A stretch of 64,000 nt of DNA, taken from contig OZ241834.1 in assembly GCA_965202585.1 (NCBI GenBank), positions 8,184,001-8,248,000 of the forward strand, in the 5' to 3' direction. This document shows, one piece after another, positions 12,770 to 26,496 of the stretch. Every line of letters begins with the position of its first letter. The first letter of the stretch is position 1. Made by a program: the position numbers and the translations under genes. The stretch comes from Thalia democratica (taxonomy: Eukaryota). The notes below the pieces were generated by a model. It was not told where the DNA came from and searched no databases. It saw nothing but the letters and a program-made list of their open reading frames with translations.

Positions 12770-15700
12770 TCAAGTCTTGCTTCTTAGTGCTTTTTTAACC
12801 TGTAATAATCATAAGGTAAATGTTGTTCTCCAAAAAATTTAATAAAAAACTTATGTTGACTTAAATAGATAACTAGGTTTTCTAAGTTTTCATGTTAAAA
12901 TTTTTAAGTAAGTTAATTCATTAAATTCTTGAGTTATCATATAGTTGAAATTTTCAGCAAAGCTAAAAAAATATACTATAATTATTATTGTTACACTAAC
13001 CTCCATACTTAAAGCACAGTAAAATATCAGCAAAGTGAAGCCTTGCAAAGCATTAAAAACATCAAATATCAAATAATAATAAGAGTTTTTTCCCTCAAGA
13101 ATTGTAATGAGCCAAGGCAATCCTAATACTGGTAGCAACAACAAATTACCTTAAACAATTATTTTTAATAAAAAATAAATGAAAACAGTGCAAAATGTAA
13201 TATTTTTTTTTAATGAATTTATCGTGTTTTACCTAGAAGTTGTTGTATATGTAACTTAATTGCAAAATAAAACTGTTTATATTGGCAAAACGCTAATTTA
13301 TTTGAGCAAGTTTTGTTTATTTAGCAAGTTTAAAAGAAACGTACAATCAAATTAAAAACATTATTTCGCTTACTTTAATCAAATACATATGTAAACATCA
13401 AAAATTTTAAATTCATACTATTTTATTACATTTAATGTATTATTAGTTTTCAGTTTAGCAACTTATAAACTTTTTACATTTTTTATTTAAGGTAACAGTA
13501 AACCTATTGCATCTGTTTTTATATCTGTTCTCTGCAATTTCTTTTGGCAGTAAATAGGAGTTTCTTCATCAATTAAATTATTTTGAGACAACTTAGTGTT
13601 GTTCACTGTTCTAAAAATTAAAATTTGAAAGCAATATTTACCTTCAGCTTTTTTAAGTTTAGTTTTATAGACTTTTTCCCAAACAATTATTTCATTTAAA
13701 TCAATAAGAAATTATTTTACAACAGAAGTATTTATGTTGTAGGAATACTGTCTTTATTGTCTTTTTAATTCTTAATTGAAAAGAAGTCTTTAAGCGTTCT
13801 TTATCAAAACTTTTAAACTTTTATCTTTTTCTTTAAGTACATGCCTAAACAAGTCGTAAAACTAAAACTGCAAAGCAAATACTATGTACTATTTAGATAG
13901 TTAAATATGTATTTAAAAGTTAAAAGAAATAAAAAAAATAAAAAAGCGTATTTTTTTTACTTATTTCTCAAAGCACCGCTAGTTTTTGTATTTTTATTTG
14001 TCTGTAATTTAACTAAATATTTACACAGTTATTTCTAAAAATAAAAATATTAATTTATTTATTTAATTAAAACGTACTTAAACTCATTAGTTCCATCTAT
14101 AGAGTTTACTGGTATTTGACTATTTATTCTCTTCTTTTCTGTTGCTCTTGTCTTATTACTACAATCTTTTTCAGTTCTTCTTTTGTTAAACATTTGTTGG
14201 TTTTTGTTGTCTAGTGTTTTCGCCTTTATATTATTTTTACTTATGAAACATTTATTTACACAGCTTATTTTAAACCTACAACTATCAAAAAATTAAAACT
14301 TTATATTTTCTTATCACTTACATAACGTCTTATATTTAGTGTGTTTAAAAAAAAGTATTTTATTGTCAATGTTATTAAATCGAAGAATTATGGTAGTTTT
14401 TGTAAACATTGATTGAAATATATTACCTTTGATTCGGGTAAAAACTTTTATAAGTGGATACTTTTATGATTTAATTTTTTAAACATTTAATTATAGAAAG
14501 ATACATTGCGGGTTTATTTGTTTTTTTAAAGTAATTAGTAACTATTTTAGATGTTTTTTTCTTACTTGTATAACTTTTATCAAAACAACTAGAAATATAT
14601 TACCTTTAGTTCGGGTAAAAACTTTAATAAATGCATTTATTATGATTTGTTTAAAAGAAAAATATAATACGGGTTAATTTTTTTTTCAAAGTAGTAAAAA
14701 AAGTTCTTACTTGTGCAACTTTTATCAAAACAACTAGATCACATATGACAATGATGGAAGCATAGATAACGCAAATCCATTTCATTTTCGAAAGAAAGCT
14801 AAATCCACACTTGGCATATTTTAAACCTTTCAATACAGAATATTTTAGTCTAAAAATAAAAGGTTTGTTTTTTTTTATAATTATTTCAACTATCCAATTT
14901 GTCTGATCGATTACGAGTATGAAACATTGAAAAACTCGCTATCAAAAAATTACTAATGAAAACTACATAGTTTTTTCAAATTTTGTGATTTACGAAAATA
15001 CTTTTTAGAATTAGCTGAGATTTTAATTTTGTTAAAACTACTTGTTGCCGTGGGAATCATTTCATTTTCTGCATTGCACGAATTGAAGTTGTCAGGTTGA
15101 AAATACGATTGAGTTGGTGTGTAAGCTGATATTACTATTGCTGTTATAAGAATTGTTATTGGCATTCCCCAACCAACTATATAAACACAAGTTTTTCTTT
15201 TAAGGAAGAATAATACTTTCTTGTTGAGCTGTGTTAGAAATGTTGCGTTATGAAATTAAATCCAGCCGAAAAAGAAAAAGAAAAATAATAATATTAATAT
15301 CTATAGCTACAGTATTGCTTTTTTTATAGAAAGTATTAAAAGTGTCATACTTTTTATTGTAAGTTAGTGTAACTTGTTCTAAAATTGTTTCTTACAATTT
15401 TAAAGAAAAAACCACTAAAAGTAGTTTTTAGTTTGTTAGTAAAATTAAAGAACTGATATTTAGAGCAATTCGTACTTTCTTCTATATTTTTCTACAAATA
15501 TCTGCTTTTAATAAATCTATGTAACAAGTTAACACCATAAAAATAGTCTGACTTTAAAAAAAGTTAAATTTTAAATGTTTTTATATACTTTAGTAAGTGA
15601 ATATAAAAAAAACTTGCTTCAATGCTGGAAAAGTATAGAAATAATCCGTTCATAAAAATCCACGTAAACGCAGACATCACAAAAAAGTTGTAAACTACAT

Positions 15701-18700
15701 TTATATGTGGACACCACAAATCTTGAAACAGTTCTGCTGTTTTTGTCACCTATAACGATTTATAAATTGTCTTAAAAACAAAAACACAAAGCAAGATTAA
15801 ACTGTATTATTTGTAATAAAAAAACTTTCTTAGGAATCTTTAATTAGATAGTTTTTATTGTCGAAACATTAAAACTAACTTGCGTCATTTGCACAAAAAG
15901 CAGTGAAATCGCCGTGTTTACAACTGTAACAAATCTTAAATGTATCACATTGTTTCTTACTAATATAAAGATTGTTAATGTAACAATCTGGCTTAGAATG
16001 CTAGTTGATGACCCAATGTACTCAAAAGTTCTCAAAATCTGTTAAATGTTCAAGTCAAGTTGTTTTGCATTTGACTTTAAATTAAAGTAATTAGCTTAAA
16101 AAAAAAGAAATAAAGAATTTATAAAGAATAGTTTTTTAATTAATAATTTCAATATAAAAACTAACAGATTCCAGAAAAAAGGAATTAGTGTTTATTTCTT
16201 TCCAAGGCGAAATAGATGCAGATAAATTAGTGGAATTATCGCAGAGGCAAGTTACAAACTCATCTTTGTATTCACACTTGCTCTCCTCACAAGACATGCA
16301 AAAACTCCTCCAATGAGACAGTTCATCGTTTAAAACCTTCAGTCTTTTATGAAATAAATACTTTTTAGCATGCTTACATACTAAAAAAACAAACACAGCA
16401 CTGCTTTTTCTAAATATTTTTAAGATAATGTTAAAACACTTTAATTAGAAAAATACTTTTGTTTCTGTTATATTTGGCATGAAGAGGTTGGCATTTAGTC
16501 CCATAAAACAACTTTCATAAAATATAAAACTTATACTTTTCTTGTAGTTTAAATAAGAAATAAGTTTGTAAATACAATTTACTTTATAGTAACTGGAGAA
16601 AATGTCTGCTCATTGTATTCCTTTATTGCGTATTTTGCAAAATTTATATTCGAACTCCTGATGAAAACTTTGTTGGTATTTGTAAGATCTATATTGTTGA
16701 AGTAATTTTTCCTTATTAGGGGTTTCAACCAAGACTTGTAAACAATTTCTACCGCTGTTTTTTATTAAGAGTAACTATTATCTCAACAAAACTAAAGGTA
16801 TTTTTAAAATGACATAATTAAAAAAATATAGTTTTTTTACATTTACTCTTTATGCTTTTTTATTACCATGTGTTGACAAATTTGTTGCTTTTAAAAGCTG
16901 TATACTTGCTTCAGTACCATTAAAGTTTACAATGTCGTGTTCATCTATAAAAACAATAATTAGTGTTTTATATATATTTGGATACATTTAATTGTTGTTT
17001 AGATTTAGACTTTTTTATACTTTTATTTCTTTTGCTACTTAGTTTAAAACACAAATTAATAAATAAAATATACTTTTCTTTCTTATTTTTTAATAAATAA
17101 GTTTAGCTATATTTTTGTAGTTATGTTTTAGTAGTGCTACTTAAAACACTTATACTAAGTTTTAAGCATACAAAAGTCTTAAACCGCCTTAAACTACATA
17201 TAAAAGTTCAACATTATTTTGTTCTAATACTATTTGATTTTATATTTTAACAAACTTCAAGCTTAAATCTAAAACAATTTTGATAAAAACTGAAATGGTT
17301 TAATTTAATATTGTTTATTAAACTAGTTTATTAAAAATAGTTGAAAACAGTTTAGAGTATTTTATAAAAATTATCTGTATATATTTGAAAATAAATTTTC
17401 CACCGTTATTTTGTAAGGAAAGACTGTTTAAAAGAAACAAAATATTTCACGTTACCTCCCATTTTAACCATACTAATTTCTAAAAACTGATAATCGAGTT
17501 TGAAACATTTTTCAGTTCGAAGTAAAAATTTTACTGCCTGGACAAAATATTTTTCATTCAAGTCTAAAATATCCTTTAGTAATTCCATATCTTCAGCAGA
17601 ATACTTCTAAAAGATTCAAAGTAAGTTTTACTATAATTCTAGTAACTACCTTAATCAAAGTAGTTTAACGAAAAATAATATTTCGTACCTAATTAAAATT
17701 GAATAATTTTTTTTGTAAAAATTATAACTTTGTTTTTTTTTTAATTCTTTTTTAGTTGTTACACAATAAGTACTAATAACAGTTCAAAAGTTTTCTAAAT
17801 ATAAAAGCAGAAACATTTAAAAGAAATTGAATTATCATTCATTCTATACCATTTAAAACAAGTACTACTTCATCCTGATTTATCAAAGTACTTTACAAAA
17901 ACAATTCAATAAAATATTACCTAAAATAACAACTAAACTATCGTTTGCTATGTATTCATCACATTTATTTTAAACAAGTTTCACCCTATATGTTTCAAAG
18001 ATGGTTCAACTACACAGAACAAATTTTTAAACTACCTCACTTAAAATACTGCTATTTTGCTTGAAAAATTCATCAAGAGCATTCATGTACTCATATGTCA
18101 AATTACGCACTTCGCGATAATAGCTAGGTACGTATATAATGCGGGAAGTATCAGTTACATCGATTCTGTATACAAGATGCAACAGGTCCAGTTGAAACTT
18201 GAGTGTTTGCAATTTTTTCAGTAATTGATCGAAATTCTCTGGTGATTTCTTCTCACGGCTTGCTTTTAATTGTCGATTTAGATACACCAGGTCGATTCCG
18301 CTTGAAGTAAAAAAATAAATATTATTGCCTAGACTTTTTAAGTTAAAATATTTAAAAAATAAGAAACTTTTTTTATATAGTTGTATTTCTGGCCTAAAAT
18401 GACCTAAAATGCTTTAGATAAAATTACCACAACAAGTTTGTTATAAATAATTATAATTTAACCAATTAAAAATACTTGTTTATTTACTTGGGCTCATAGC
18501 AAATATAGTCAAAGGTTCTGTTGTAGTTTTTTTCATATGTGCTTAAAATGTGCTGGTTTTCACGCTTGCTAAACAAAATAATAAAGTCCCAGTGAATATC
18601 ATCCACGTGCGTGTCATCGTAATACTTCAAGAGCTGCAAAAAGTAAGCTTCTATAATAAACAGTTGATAAGGATATTTTAGGCATACTATAACACTCTCT

Positions 18701-20744
18701 AACGTTTTGTAGTCGTATCAAAAGTTTGAGAGATTTCCTGAAATCGCACTTTGGTTTTCTGTTGGGCTCAGGTCTGATTAAGCTCCACAAAGGAGAAATG
18801 CATTCTGAGCACTTGTAATAGAAGTGAAGGCAAAAATACAGCTTAGACAGCATGTAATTCGTTTCCTGTTCTCCTTTGTAGCAGTCAATTAAGTGTCTGT
18901 ATTTATAAAAATGTTAAAGACAGGATAACATGAGCTTACTTAAGAATTTTTTAGACAATTTTATCAAACAATTGTTATTATAAAATTGATCAATATGAAC
19001 ATTGAGCTATTAAATTTTTTATAAAAATTTATGACTGGATTAGTGTAAAGCTCGTCATAAAAACTATTGATTTTATTAATTTTTCAATGTCAGTATACCA
19101 AGGATTCTTAAAACTATTTTTCAACGATTTAAAACTGTTAATCATAAATAAGCGGTAAATAATTTTCTTCAAATTTTTATTGACCCAATTGTAATGTAAG
19201 TCCAATAAAAAGTTTATCATGACCATTTAATAAACCTTTCTTTGGCAAATTCATTGAAAAGAAAAGGAAGTTCTGCGATCTTAGAACTTTCCAGTTGAAC
19301 TGACAAGAGTTTTTCAACTTCCTTAATTTCTCCTTCAATAGTTTCTCCGTGTTTGACAGCTAAATTTTGTTATGTATTATATTCACAGTTTAAAATGATC
19401 AACTACACTTTAAAAAAAAGTTCCAATATCTTATCTTTAAAAAACTAAGAAGTTAAAAGTTTTCAATCTAAATTATTTTAACTTTGTTATAGTAGTCCTG
19501 GAGTATAGCTATTTTTTATATAAAGTCTTTTTTGGTACTTGTAAAGAAATAAAAATGCATTTATTTTCGTTTACGACAACTCTTCGTATCTTAAAAGTAA
19601 GTAAAAAAATATTTTCAATTAAAAAATTTAAATTAAAACGTAAATACATTTTGATTTAGAAACTTAAGCATTTATCCGTATTTAAACTATTAAAAAAATA
19701 GTACATAGTCAAAATAACTTTCTTTTTTTTTAACATTAATAAAACCCACACATAAACTATTTTACGATTGTGCCGATAAAAATTTTTGTTAATAAATATT
19801 ATTTAGTTAGAAGTCTGAATTAAAAATACCCTCCTTCATCCTATTTTCGAGAATTAATTGGCAGTTTTTATATATCCAGTAATTCTCTGGCTTGTGGTTG
19901 ATTAAATCGAAAAACTTTTTGTATTCCGATCCAAAGAATAGTTGTAGACTTGTATTGTATTGCAAAACTTCGTCTTTAAATTCTTTAAACATTTTTTTTT
20001 TTTGAATATAAAGTCTTATTCAGTTTAACAAGATTATTGTTTTAAATGTTAAATACTTATCGTTGAATTCTTTAATTTAGATCTAAAAAATCCGTTAGTT
20101 TACCTATAAAACAATTATTGAGAAATAATATATATTTATTTTGCATAAAAATCAAGATGATAGCTTGTGAGTCAATAAAAACCTTTTTAACTTAATTAAC
20201 AAGAAAAAATAGCATTTAGTATAAAAAAAAGTCATTATAGGTAAAATAAAAACAAGTCAATAAACTTTTAATTTAAATTTATTCATGTCAAACCTGTATA
20301 ATCGCCGTAATTAAAACCACTATGGCCATAATTTTCATTATAGTCCTCTAAATAACTGTTGTTGAAATTTACATTATTGTATTCCAAATAATTGTAAATT
20401 TCATAGTCTTCGTTATTTGCATTTGATGCTGAAGACAGAATCTGTAAACTAATCATGTAAAGCAAAAACTTAAATAATTTGTTATTTGCTTACTTCAACA
20501 TAAATGTTTCTTAAAATAATTGACTGTTTAGTCAGTAGATATGGTGACAAATTAAGTTGTATAAAAACTTTTTGAAAAAACATTAACAAGAAATGCAAAA
20601 CTATTAAAAATAAAGATTGCCGTTCTCTTAAAAAAATTCATAGTAATTTTAAACTATTTAAGCACATATTTTAATACAGATATTAAGCATATTAGTTAAT
20701 TAAATCCAAACCTGCACTGCAAAAAACAAAATTAATAACATCAT
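12770..20744 (-). CDS. Adhesion-class (family B2) GPCR, multi-exon; ectodomain exons disrupted as assembled
   Basis: Signal peptide MMLLILFFAVQ|ILSSASNA (20744-20712, then 20441-20294). GPS motif HWRSFCMSC...VTCLCDNSTNLSASI (about 16320-16220). TM1-2 exon near 16038-15883, TM3 NFFVMSAFTWIFMNGLFLY, TM4 YIVGWGMP, TM5 exon 14826-14711, ICL3 exons 14223-14078 and 13610-13504, TM6-7 exon 13149-13001 (LLLPVLGLPW...FNALQGFTLLIFYC) and last exon 12799-12770 (VKKALRSKT*). Phases match from TM5 to the stop. Confidence 0.85.
14411..14740. repeat. About 150-bp tandem duplication (about 2.2 units) that copies the TM5 exon 3' end and its splice donor
   Basis: cttacttgt..aacttttatcaaaacaactag at 14561 and 14707; aaatatattaccttt..ttcgggtaaaaacttt near 14416 and 14593. 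Confidence 0.85.
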
Positions 20745-22980
20745 AAACCCGAACAAATATTTTCTCAAAGTAAAACAAACTTAATACTAAGCTTGCAAAT
20801 AAGTATAGACCAAGTTTTTTATAAAAATCTAGTAAAAAAACATAAGGTTAAAACATTCTTCTATTTTTTTAACTTTGTACTCTAAAAGAGTATCAAAGTA
20901 TTTTTCTAAATATGTATTTTAAAGTATGAATAAAAAATAAAAGTTAAGTGACACTCTTAAATGTGCTATTTAAAAAACCTACAAAAAAAAGCTATAAAAA
21001 AAAACTATAAAAAATTAAAAAGTTAGTTTTAGTTGGCGATGAAAACCCAAAGGTTAACAGTCATCTATACATTAACATCTTATTAATAATCCTAGTTGTG
21101 CTCTAAAAATAGATTCAAATTTTTATCAAGAGTGAAAATCACTTACAACCTCTCAGTTCTAAAATATTTGTTTATTCGAACTCACAAGCCAAAAGTTTTT
21201 AAACAACGAGATTTGTACAACTTAAAACTATACAAATAGCATATTTCTATAAATCTTAGTTTTAATCTTTTACTTTTTAAATAAGTTTTTAAAAAATTAT
21301 CTATAGTTTTAAATATATTAACTCTGTTGTTTTTAACTCGAATTGGAATTTAATCTTTTTCATAGACTACTTTCATTTAACTGTTTATAACTTAACTAGT
21401 TTTACTAATTTTTCAATATTTTCACACTATACTAAAAATCAAATTATACTAGTGTCAGTTTTGTTTTGAGAAAAACTGAACAATAATATTAAACAAACTT
21501 TTTGAATTTTCACAATAATTTTTTTTTTTTTAATTACTTCTAAATTTTCTTAAATACCACTAACGTTTGCTTTATAAGTACGTTTATTCGGATCTTTTAA
21601 ATTTAAAACGTTTTTAAAGTTAAAAAAACCAAGTTAGTTAACCAAATTGAAGTAGCTTTTTATATATTTGTATAAAATAAAAATAAAAAACTTTAAAAAT
21701 CAACTGAAGTTTTATTTGTACTTACAAAACTTTCTTTGTTTTTAATCTAGTCTTCAGCTTAAGTAAAAAGTTCTAAACATTACTTAACTTACAGACATGT
21801 TTTAAATATATTAAAACTAAAGTTTCTTTGAATTTTCGAAAACTTTTTTTCAATAAAAGTGCCGGAAATACATCATGTTATGATTTTACGACCTTTTTTG
21901 CTATAAATTGAAACTTGGTGCAAAGGTTATAGAAGTTCAAACCATGAATAAGTTTTGTTTAACATTTATACGTTTAATATAAAGTTATCTAAAATTATTA
22001 ACGGTAAAAAGAAATTATGAAGAAAAATTTGAAAATCTTTTAGTAATAAAAGTTATTTAAATAGTAATTAGGTGATTTTAGATGTATATTTAATATTCTA
22101 ATTTGTATCACAGTTTATTCACCTTTGGTTTTTTTTTAACGAGACTATTAAAACAAAAATTAATTTAACATTTCACCTTCATTTTATGTCAAAGCAGGAA
22201 ATAAATAGTGTTTAGCTGTTATTAAGCACACAGTTTGAGTGTCTATATACCAATTAATACGCTAGTAGTTTCTAAAATATTGTGCGAATTCGCCTCTTAA
22301 AAAATTGTTAAAATCTTTTTTGTTATAAATAATTGCTTTATTACTACTTTGTACATACAAACTATATAAAAAACTATAGAATATAATGTAGACCTCTTTC
22401 CAAAAAAGTTTCAAAACTGTAAAAATTAAATGCAAACTTTAAGAAGCTATATGCTGCACTACACCGCTTAACTGTAGAAAATTATGATTGTTTTAGTTTA
22501 TTTAGTTTAAATACAATTATCGTAACGTAGAAGCTAAACACATTTTCCATTACAATTTTAATAAGTTTTAAGCGAAACCTGGTGTAAAAACTTTTAACAC
22601 CGTCAACTACTAGTTATAGTTTACTACAGTTAAATAAACAAACATGCATAAGTTAGAGCTTTGTATATGTACTAGATAAAATGATTATGGTGGTAATGTC
22701 ACTCATTCTATAAATGTGTGCTAACTGAATTTAAAGTTTTTTCTAAACATTAGAAACATTATTTATTGTCTGTTTAGAACACAATACAACTAAAAAGCAC
22801 GGTTTTCCAAAATAGGCGATTTTTACTACCAAGGGACAGTAACTAGTAAAAGGATGAAAAGTAAATTGGTAATTAAATAGCAAACGGGCAAATTATTTTT
22901 TTGCTATAGGGAAATTTTAGAAATTAGTTTCTTAAAAGGTTTTTTTTTTTGAAAAAATCTTAGTCTAAATCAATTAAGCA

Positions 22981-23232
22981 TTACGATTTTATCGTTGTAA
23001 ACCAGCTGTTCTCAAAATAAGCAGCATCGCCCTTTAGTTTAAAAGTTACTGCTTTAGGTTTTACTAAGTAAAGTTTATTAGTGTAAGGCAACTTTTCCAG
23101 TAAGCAATTTAAACCTTTTAGATAATGTGTTTTGCGGGCTAGACCATAATCGTCAAAATATGAGTGTGGCGTAAATTCAACTGTTGTAAATGTTATAGCT
23201 TTTAAAACTTCAAGCCAAAAGTTTTTTATCAC
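22981..23232 (-). mobile_element. Possible degenerate PIF/Harbinger (DDE_Tnp_4-like) transposase fragment
   Basis: GDAAYFENSWFTT has the spacing of the Harbinger GDSAYPLxxWLLTP motif. Upstream FTTV...FDD...R loosely matches FTDV...GSxHD...R. The rest is decayed. Confidence 0.3.
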
Positions 23233-26200
23233 GAATTAAGGTCAAAAGTGTAGAAGTTTTTAAAAAAACGCTAAATGTAATGCATGTTTAATTATAAAGG
23301 CTCTGCTGAAAATTAAAAAGAGCAATGAGAAATTCTAACGTTAACAAAAATAGTTCATTCTAGAAAGTAAGGATTAGCGCTAAATTTTCAAAAGTTGTAA
23401 AAGTATTAAGTAGCCTAGTTATGAAAAATTGTTATAAAAATTGAAAAAAACAACCTATTAAAAGTAAATTAATAATTAATGTAAGGTATCCAGAATTCCA
23501 GAAATAGTATGTCTAAACTTTAAACATTTGATTAAAATTTTATATGTTTTAACTTAAATTATCTTGCTCGAATATATTTTACTAATTTGCTCGTAGCCAA
23601 TCACAACTAAATCGTTCAATGATTTTTTTATGAGAAAATCACCGCTGAGTTATTAGAGTATTTCATTTTAAGTTAAAACACAAGTTTATTCAGCATTGAG
23701 AACTGTTTATTACTTGAAGTTTATAAATGCTGCCGTTCAGTATTTTACTTACTATAAATAAAATAAACAGTACACTTGATTTGAGGAGTTCAAAATAAAT
23801 TTATTGATTTGCACAAAATGTTTCCAATTTGAAAACATTTAGACATTTTATTTTGAGGGCCTCAAGTTGCTTATATCGTTGTTTTGTATAAAATCTAGGT
23901 CTAGGTCAGGCAGGACTTTAAGTCAAATAATATCACTATTATTTACTTTTTTTTTTTTTTTTAAATCCAAACTAACCTCAATTTAATTGTTTCAAAAACG
24001 GGTATAAAAAGTTATATTTATTATTTAGACAAAAATTTTGCAACGATCATTTTAAATTATATTTCTAATTTAAACAAACCTTTTTATTTAGAAACTGATA
24101 GTAATTTTAAAAATGTTATAAAACTAAATTTTTTATATCTATTTTAAGTAAATATTTTTTGCTTTGGAAATTCTGAAAAACAAACTTGTAGTTAAAGTGT
24201 AATATTAACTTTTTTTATTGTAAGAAGTTGTTCTTTGTTATAATAATTAACAATGTTTTAGTTTATTTTAGAACTTTTGAATACTGAATTATAAAATCAA
24301 ATTATTTACTTCCTGTTAAAAGTATGACTTTGATAAGATTTAATTGTTTACATATTTACATATGTTTAAATAAAACATGCTGAGTTTGTTGTTAAAGAAA
24401 AGAAACCTTTAGTAACAACTACTTGTGCAACATAAAGGTTTGTAAATCACTAAAAAGTTAAAAAGAAAAAGTATCTGAGAGTTTCAAGCTGTTAAAGTAT
24501 ATTTGACAGCTTAAAGTTTTAATGCGTGAGTCTATCTGCCGTGAGTTCTATCTGCCGCTAACCAATATTTTAAGAGCAATTATTAAAGTTATAATTATTA
24601 ATTAAAACCTATAAACAGTAATTAAAAAGTGAACTAATAAGTTACAAACTATTAGTGGCTTGTAATTTCAAAAACTCATGTATAGTTAAAATTAAAATAA
24701 AAAACTATGAAGTGAAAGTGGCCTATAAAACATAAGTTTATTTTCTGAGTTTTTTAAAATCTATTTTATATCTTAACCATTGATCAAGTAAAAAAAGTAA
24801 AATAGTTGTTTAAATGATTGTAAGTTATTTGTTTATACATTATTGTTGTTTATATCTAAATTTGTTTTATCTAAACTTTATAACAAGTTTCATTTTAATA
24901 ACTGAAAATCAAACATACTTATTACATGAACTTGCACATTATGAAAATTGTAGGTTTTCAAAAATTTGTATGAAAAATACATTAAACTTCTTTAAGTGAC
25001 ATGCATCAAAAATGTTATTGTTGAAATGTTACTTGTCTCTTAAGATATAATATAACAAAAGTTTATCAAGGAAAATATTTAAATGTTTAGTTTCAAGCTT
25101 TAAGTGATTTAAATTGTTCACTAACAACAGTTTTTTTGCTATTCTAATCAAAATATTTATTTGTTGATATTTTGTTCAGTGCATTACATGCTTTTTCATG
25201 AAAATTTTTCACAAATCAGATACATCAATTGAAACGCAGTAAAAAATAATTTAGTCTCTTAATTCGTCGCTCACTTCAAATATCTGTAGTCTATATCTTG
25301 CATAACTTAAATTTTAATTATGTTAAGATAAAAAGCCTTAACGTACCTTAAACATTTATTACTAAGTTTATGAGTTTTCTGGTTTACATTTTAGAACTTT
25401 TTTGTTTAACTCTACAGTCTAAAGTGCTTGTATACATTAAAGCAGTTTATATTCAAACTTAAAATTTTTTGGTTTTTACTGCAAACCATATTTTAATTAG
25501 AATTATCTTAAATTTTAAATATACAATTGTTTGAACAAACCCAACTTATTAGTTTTTTATCACTTCTACTAATTTGGGAATTACACTATATTAACTGCAT
25601 GTTTTCAAGTAAAACGGCATATAAGTAATTCTATATGTCTTACAAAATTTCAAATAATTGATTAAAGTTATTATAAGCACATGCTTTGAGTTTAAGTCCA
25701 AAAGTGCAATTTGAACAATATAATATTTCTGTTGAAATTCTTAATTTTTTCCAAAATTTATTTTTAATGTTGAAATTATATTCTGCTTTGTAAAAACATT
25801 AAAACTTTGCTTAATTAACCACCAAAATACATGTTATACTTGTTTTTTAATTGTTTATTCAGTCTCAAGTTTATATATTTGATAAAGCAAAATTCACAAT
25901 TGTTTTTAAAAACCCAGAAAAATTGTTTAGTGATATAAATGGTGAAAAAAATTGGTATATTTAAATAAGATATACTAAATATAAAATATTTTTATAAATA
26001 TTGATATCTTTTAACTTTCTAAATTGTTAAACTAAAATTTGTTTACAAGTTTTCTTTTATTAAACTTGATAGGTTAAGTGTTTATAACTATGTTATAAAC
26101 ATAATTAAAAAACTTATTCTAATGTTGATTATATGCTTTATAACTAAATCAAGTTTTTAATTTTATTGTAAAAATTAAGTACTTATAACAGTCTAAAACT

Positions 26201-26496
26201 AACTAAACAGCTTCAAATTCGTTAATAAGTAAACCTAAAGTAAGTTAGTTTGCTTGTGATTGTGAAAAACTTAAACTATTAGAAAAAGTGTTTTATATTA
26301 CCAAAATTTTTTTTAACAATTTTTTTTTGTTTTTACATAACAAAATTTAAAGCATAAATATTTTTTAAATTTGTAAATTATAGAGTCAAAATCATGTATT
26401 TTAGAAAAACTAAGAAAATTATTTAAAAAATATTCCAAAGCATTATTTAAATTTTGACCAGATTCAGTAATTTTCAGTTAAATATTTTAAACTAAT

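Noticed and set aside
22981-23232. Protein kinase from DYGLAR resembling DFGLAR
   Set aside because: No HRD, APE or VAIK motifs at suitable spacing; the GDAAY motif fits a transposase relic better.
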